Positions 61,116 through 64,000 of a stretch of 64,000 bases of DNA are shown here, in pieces (positions within the stretch are counted from its first letter, which is position 1; each line of letters opens with the position of its first letter). Made by a program: the position numbers and the translations under genes. The DNA is from Actinomycetes bacterium. GTDB lineage: Bacteria > Actinomycetota > Acidimicrobiia > Acidimicrobiales > RAAP-2. Location of the stretch: positions 16,002 through 80,001 of the forward strand of contig JAJYVS010000005.1 in assembly GCA_021791895.1 (NCBI GenBank), in the 5' to 3' direction. Under the pieces are notes generated by a model that ran no database searches, was not told where the DNA came from, and saw only the letters and a list, made by a program, of their open reading frames with translations.

Positions 61116-62563
61116 GCGGGATCTCGGCACCGGCGGGCTGGGAGCTGGTGGTCGGGCTCGAGGTGCACTGCGAGCTGGCCACGAGGACCAAGCTCTTCTG
61201 TGGCTGCCCCAACGCCTTCGGCGCCGAACCCAACACGAACGTCTGCCCGGTCTGCCTGGGGCTCCCTGGCTCACTGCCCGTGCTCAACCGGCGCGCGGTC
61301 GAGCTGGCCATGCGGATCGGGGCCGCGCTCAACGCCGAGATCGCGCCGTCGGTGTTCCACCGGAAGAACTACTTCTACCCCGACATGCCCAAGGATTTTC
61401 AGATTAGCCAGTACGACGCCCCCATCAACCGGGGCGGACGCCTCGAGCTCCCCGACGGCTCGGTGGTCGGCATCGAGCGGGCCCACCTCGAGGAGGACAC
61501 CGGCAAGACCACCCACGTCGGGGGCACCGGCCGGATCGGCGGCGCCGACTACGCGCTCGTCGACTACAACCGGGCCGGGGTGCCGTTGGTCGAGATCGTG
61601 AGCGCGCCGGACATCCGCTCAGCCGCCCAGGCCCGGGCCTACGCCGGTGAGCTGCGGGCCATCCTGGTCGCGACGGGCTCCTCGGACGGACGCATGGAGG
61701 AGGGCTCCATGCGGGTCGACGCCAACGTGTCGGTCCGGCGCCCGGGGGCTCCGTTCGGGACCCGGTGCGAGATCAAGAACCTGAACTCGATGCGTTCCCT
61801 CGGCCGGGCCATCGAGTTCGAGGCGGCCCGCCAGGCCGAGGTGCTCGAGGGTGGCGGGACGGTCACCCAGGAGACCCGGCACTGGGACGAGGACCGGGGG
61901 GCGACCCTCCCCATGCGTTCCAAGGAGGAGGCCGACGACTACCGGTACTTCCCCGAGCCCGACCTGGTCCCGTTGGCCCCCGACGGCCGCTGGCAGGCCG
62001 AGGTGGCGGCCTCGATCGGGCCGCTGCCGGCCGAGCGCCGGGCGGTGCTGCAGCGCCTGCTCGGCGGGGAGCCGACGCCGGCCCAGGCCGACCAGGTGCG
62101 CTCGCTCGTCGCCTCGGACCTCGACGCCCTGGTCGTCGCGGCCTGCGAGCGGGGGGCGCCGGCGTCGCTGGCCCTCGTGCGGGCGGCGAACGAGGTGGCG
62201 GCCGACCTCTCCCGGGCGCCCGGCCTCGACCCGGGCGCCTTCGCCAAGCTCCTGATGCTGGAGGGGAGCGGGGAGCTGTCGGCGTCCCAGTCCAAGGCGG
62301 TGCTGGGCGAGCTGCTGGTCGGTGGAGGTGACCCCGCCGAGGTCGCCCGTCGCCTCGGCTTCGAGCCCATGGATGGCGGCGCCCTGGACGAGGTGATTCT
62401 CCGGGTGATCGCCGAGCACCCGGAGGACTGGGCCCGGTTCGTGGCCGGCGAGGACAAGGTCAAGGGACCGCTCGTCGGTGCGGTCCGGCGGGCCACCGAC
62501 AACCAGGCCGATCCGGCGGCGGTGGCCCGCCACCTCGACGAGCTCCGGGCGGCCCGGGCCTGA
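61112..62563 (+). CDS. gatB: Asp/Glu-tRNA amidotransferase subunit B
   Basis: [31 protein letters not shown] and [10 protein letters not shown]. Confidence 0.96.
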
Positions 62564-62641
62564 GCCCGTCCCCCGGCCGCCCCGGTCCGGGTCCGGCCCT
62601 CGGGAAGGACCGGCTCGGCCGGCGCCCCGTACACTCGGCCC

Positions 62642-64000
62642 ATGACTGAGGACGAGCGACCAGTGTCGGGGGCCGAGCGGCCCGGGATGAAGCCGCGCAG
62701 CTACGAGGTGACCGAGGGGCCGACCCGAGCGCCGGCCCGGGCGATGCTGCGGGCGGTCGGGATGACCGACGCCGACTGGGAGAAGCCCCAGGTCGGCGTG
62801 GCCTCCAGCTGGAACGAGGTGACCCCGTGCAACCTGCCGCTCGCCCGGTTGGCGCAGCGGGCCAAGGACGGGGTGCGGGGCGCCGGGGGCTTCCCGTTCG
62901 AGTTCGTGACCATCGCGGTCTCCGACGGCATCTCCATGGGCCACGAGGGAATGCGGGCGTCGTTGGTCAGCCGGGAGATCATCGCCGACTCGGTCGAGGT
63001 CATGATGCACGCCGAGCGCTTCGACGCCCTGGTTGCCCTGGCCGGTTGCGACAAGTCACTCCCCGGGATGCTCATGGCGGCGGCCCGGGTCAACCTCCCC
63101 ACGGTCTTCCTCTACGGCGGGACCATCCTGCCGGGCCGGCTCGGCGACCGCGCCCTCGACGTGGTGAGCGTCTTCGAGGCGGTCGGCGCCCACGCCGTCC
63201 GCTCGCTGAGCGACGAGGAGCTGGCCCAGATCGAATGCAACGCCTGCCCGACCGAGGGGTCGTGCGCCGGCATGTTCACCGCCAACACCATGGCCTCGGC
63301 GGCCGAAGCCCTTGGCATGGCGCTGCCCGGGAGCTCCTCGGCGCCGGCCGTCGACCGCCGACGCGACGACTTCGCGTACGCCTCGGGGGCCGCCGTGCTC
63401 GACCTTTTGGCGGCCAATGTCCGTCCCCGCCAGATCATGACCAAGGCGGCCTTCGAGAACGCGATCGCCGTCGTCATGGCCCTCGGCGGCTCCACCAACG
63501 CCGTGCTCCACCTCATGGCCATCGCCCACGAGGCCCGGGTCGAGCTCGAGCTCGACGACTTCAACCGCATCGCCTCCCGGGTCCCCCACATCACCGACGC
63601 CAAGCCCCACGGCCGCTACCACATGGTCGACGTCGACCGGGTGGGCGGGGTCCCGGTCGTGCTGCGCGCGCTGCTTGAGGACGGGCTCCTGCACGGCGAC
63701 TGCCTCACCGTGACCGGCCGGACCATGGCCGAGAACCTGGCCCGGCTCGACCCGCCGGCCCCCGACGGCGACGTCATCCACCCGATCAGCCGGCCGATCC
63801 ACGCCGCCGGGGGGATCGCCGTGTTGACCGGCACCCTCGCCCCCAAGGGCTCGGTGGTGAAGGTGGCGGGGCTCGACGAGCTGGCCTTCGAGGGGACGGC
63901 CCGGGTGTTCGACGGCGAGGCGGCGGCCATGGACGCCATCGTGGCCGGGTCGATCCGCCCGGGGACCGTCCTCGTGATCCGCTACGAGGGCCCAAAGGGC
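62642..64000 (+). CDS. ilvD: Dihydroxy-acid dehydratase; partial, runs off the window end
   Basis: Hand translation from ATG 62642 (TACACT-N6-ATG): [58 protein letters not shown] and IRYEGPKG. Confidence 0.94.
   Translation, partial: MTEDERPVSGAERPGMKPRSYEVTEGPTRAPARAMLRAVGMTDADWEKPQVGVASSWNEVTPCNLPLARLAQRAKDGVRGAGGFPFEFVTIAVSDGISMGHEGMRASLVSREIIADSVEVMMHAERFDALVALAGCDKSLPGMLMAAARVNLPTVFLYGGTILPGRLGDRALDVVSVFEAVGAHAVRSLSDEELAQIECNACPTEGSCAGMFTANTMASAAEALGMALPGSSSAPAVDRRRDDFAYASGAAVLDLLAANVRPRQIMTKAAFENAIAVVMALGGSTNAVLHLMAIAHEARVELELDDFNRIASRVPHITDAKPHGRYHMVDVDRVGGVPVVLRALLEDGLLHGDCLTVTGRTMAENLARLDPPAPDGDVIHPISRPIHAAGGIAVLTGTLAPKGSVVKVAGLDELAFEGTARVFDGEAAAMDAIVAGSIRPGTVLVIRYEGPKG

Overview
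Very GC-rich actinobacterial chromosome segment. Gene content and pervasive TANNNT-leaderless starts suggest Acidimicrobiia, which is an inference. No rRNA, tRNA, CRISPR array, transposase or integrase was seen. Left part (1-15 kb): acyl-CoA/lipid catabolism genes, including two damaged genes (a frameshifted AlkD-like gene and an internally deleted FabG2-like SDR), and a MarR-controlled split ABC exporter. 15.4-22.6 kb: a rearranged mycofactocin cluster (adh-mftD >< mftF <> mftABCE-SDR) with no mftR or mftG nearby. 22.7-28.4 kb: a nucleobase-salvage cluster (upp, CDA-fold deaminase, PRTase, NCS1 permease, amidase). Middle: ABC-2 exporter, a BCCP-carboxyltransferase lacking a biotin carboxylase domain, a type-2 IleRS with non-canonical GIHH/KASKS motifs, and a circularly permuted ATP-grasp gene with an alpha-E/transglutaminase fusion. 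Right: housekeeping iscS-mnmA-ligA ... gatCAB-ilvD. The best candidates for undescribed elements are a promoter-driven ~145-nt rod-shaped sRNA (33.86-34.0 kb), a three-way-junction leader before the NCS1 permease, a structured element upstream of mftA, and a 56-aa Cys/His microprotein. All protein calls come from reading motifs, and all RNA folds were paired by hand. No database searches were run.
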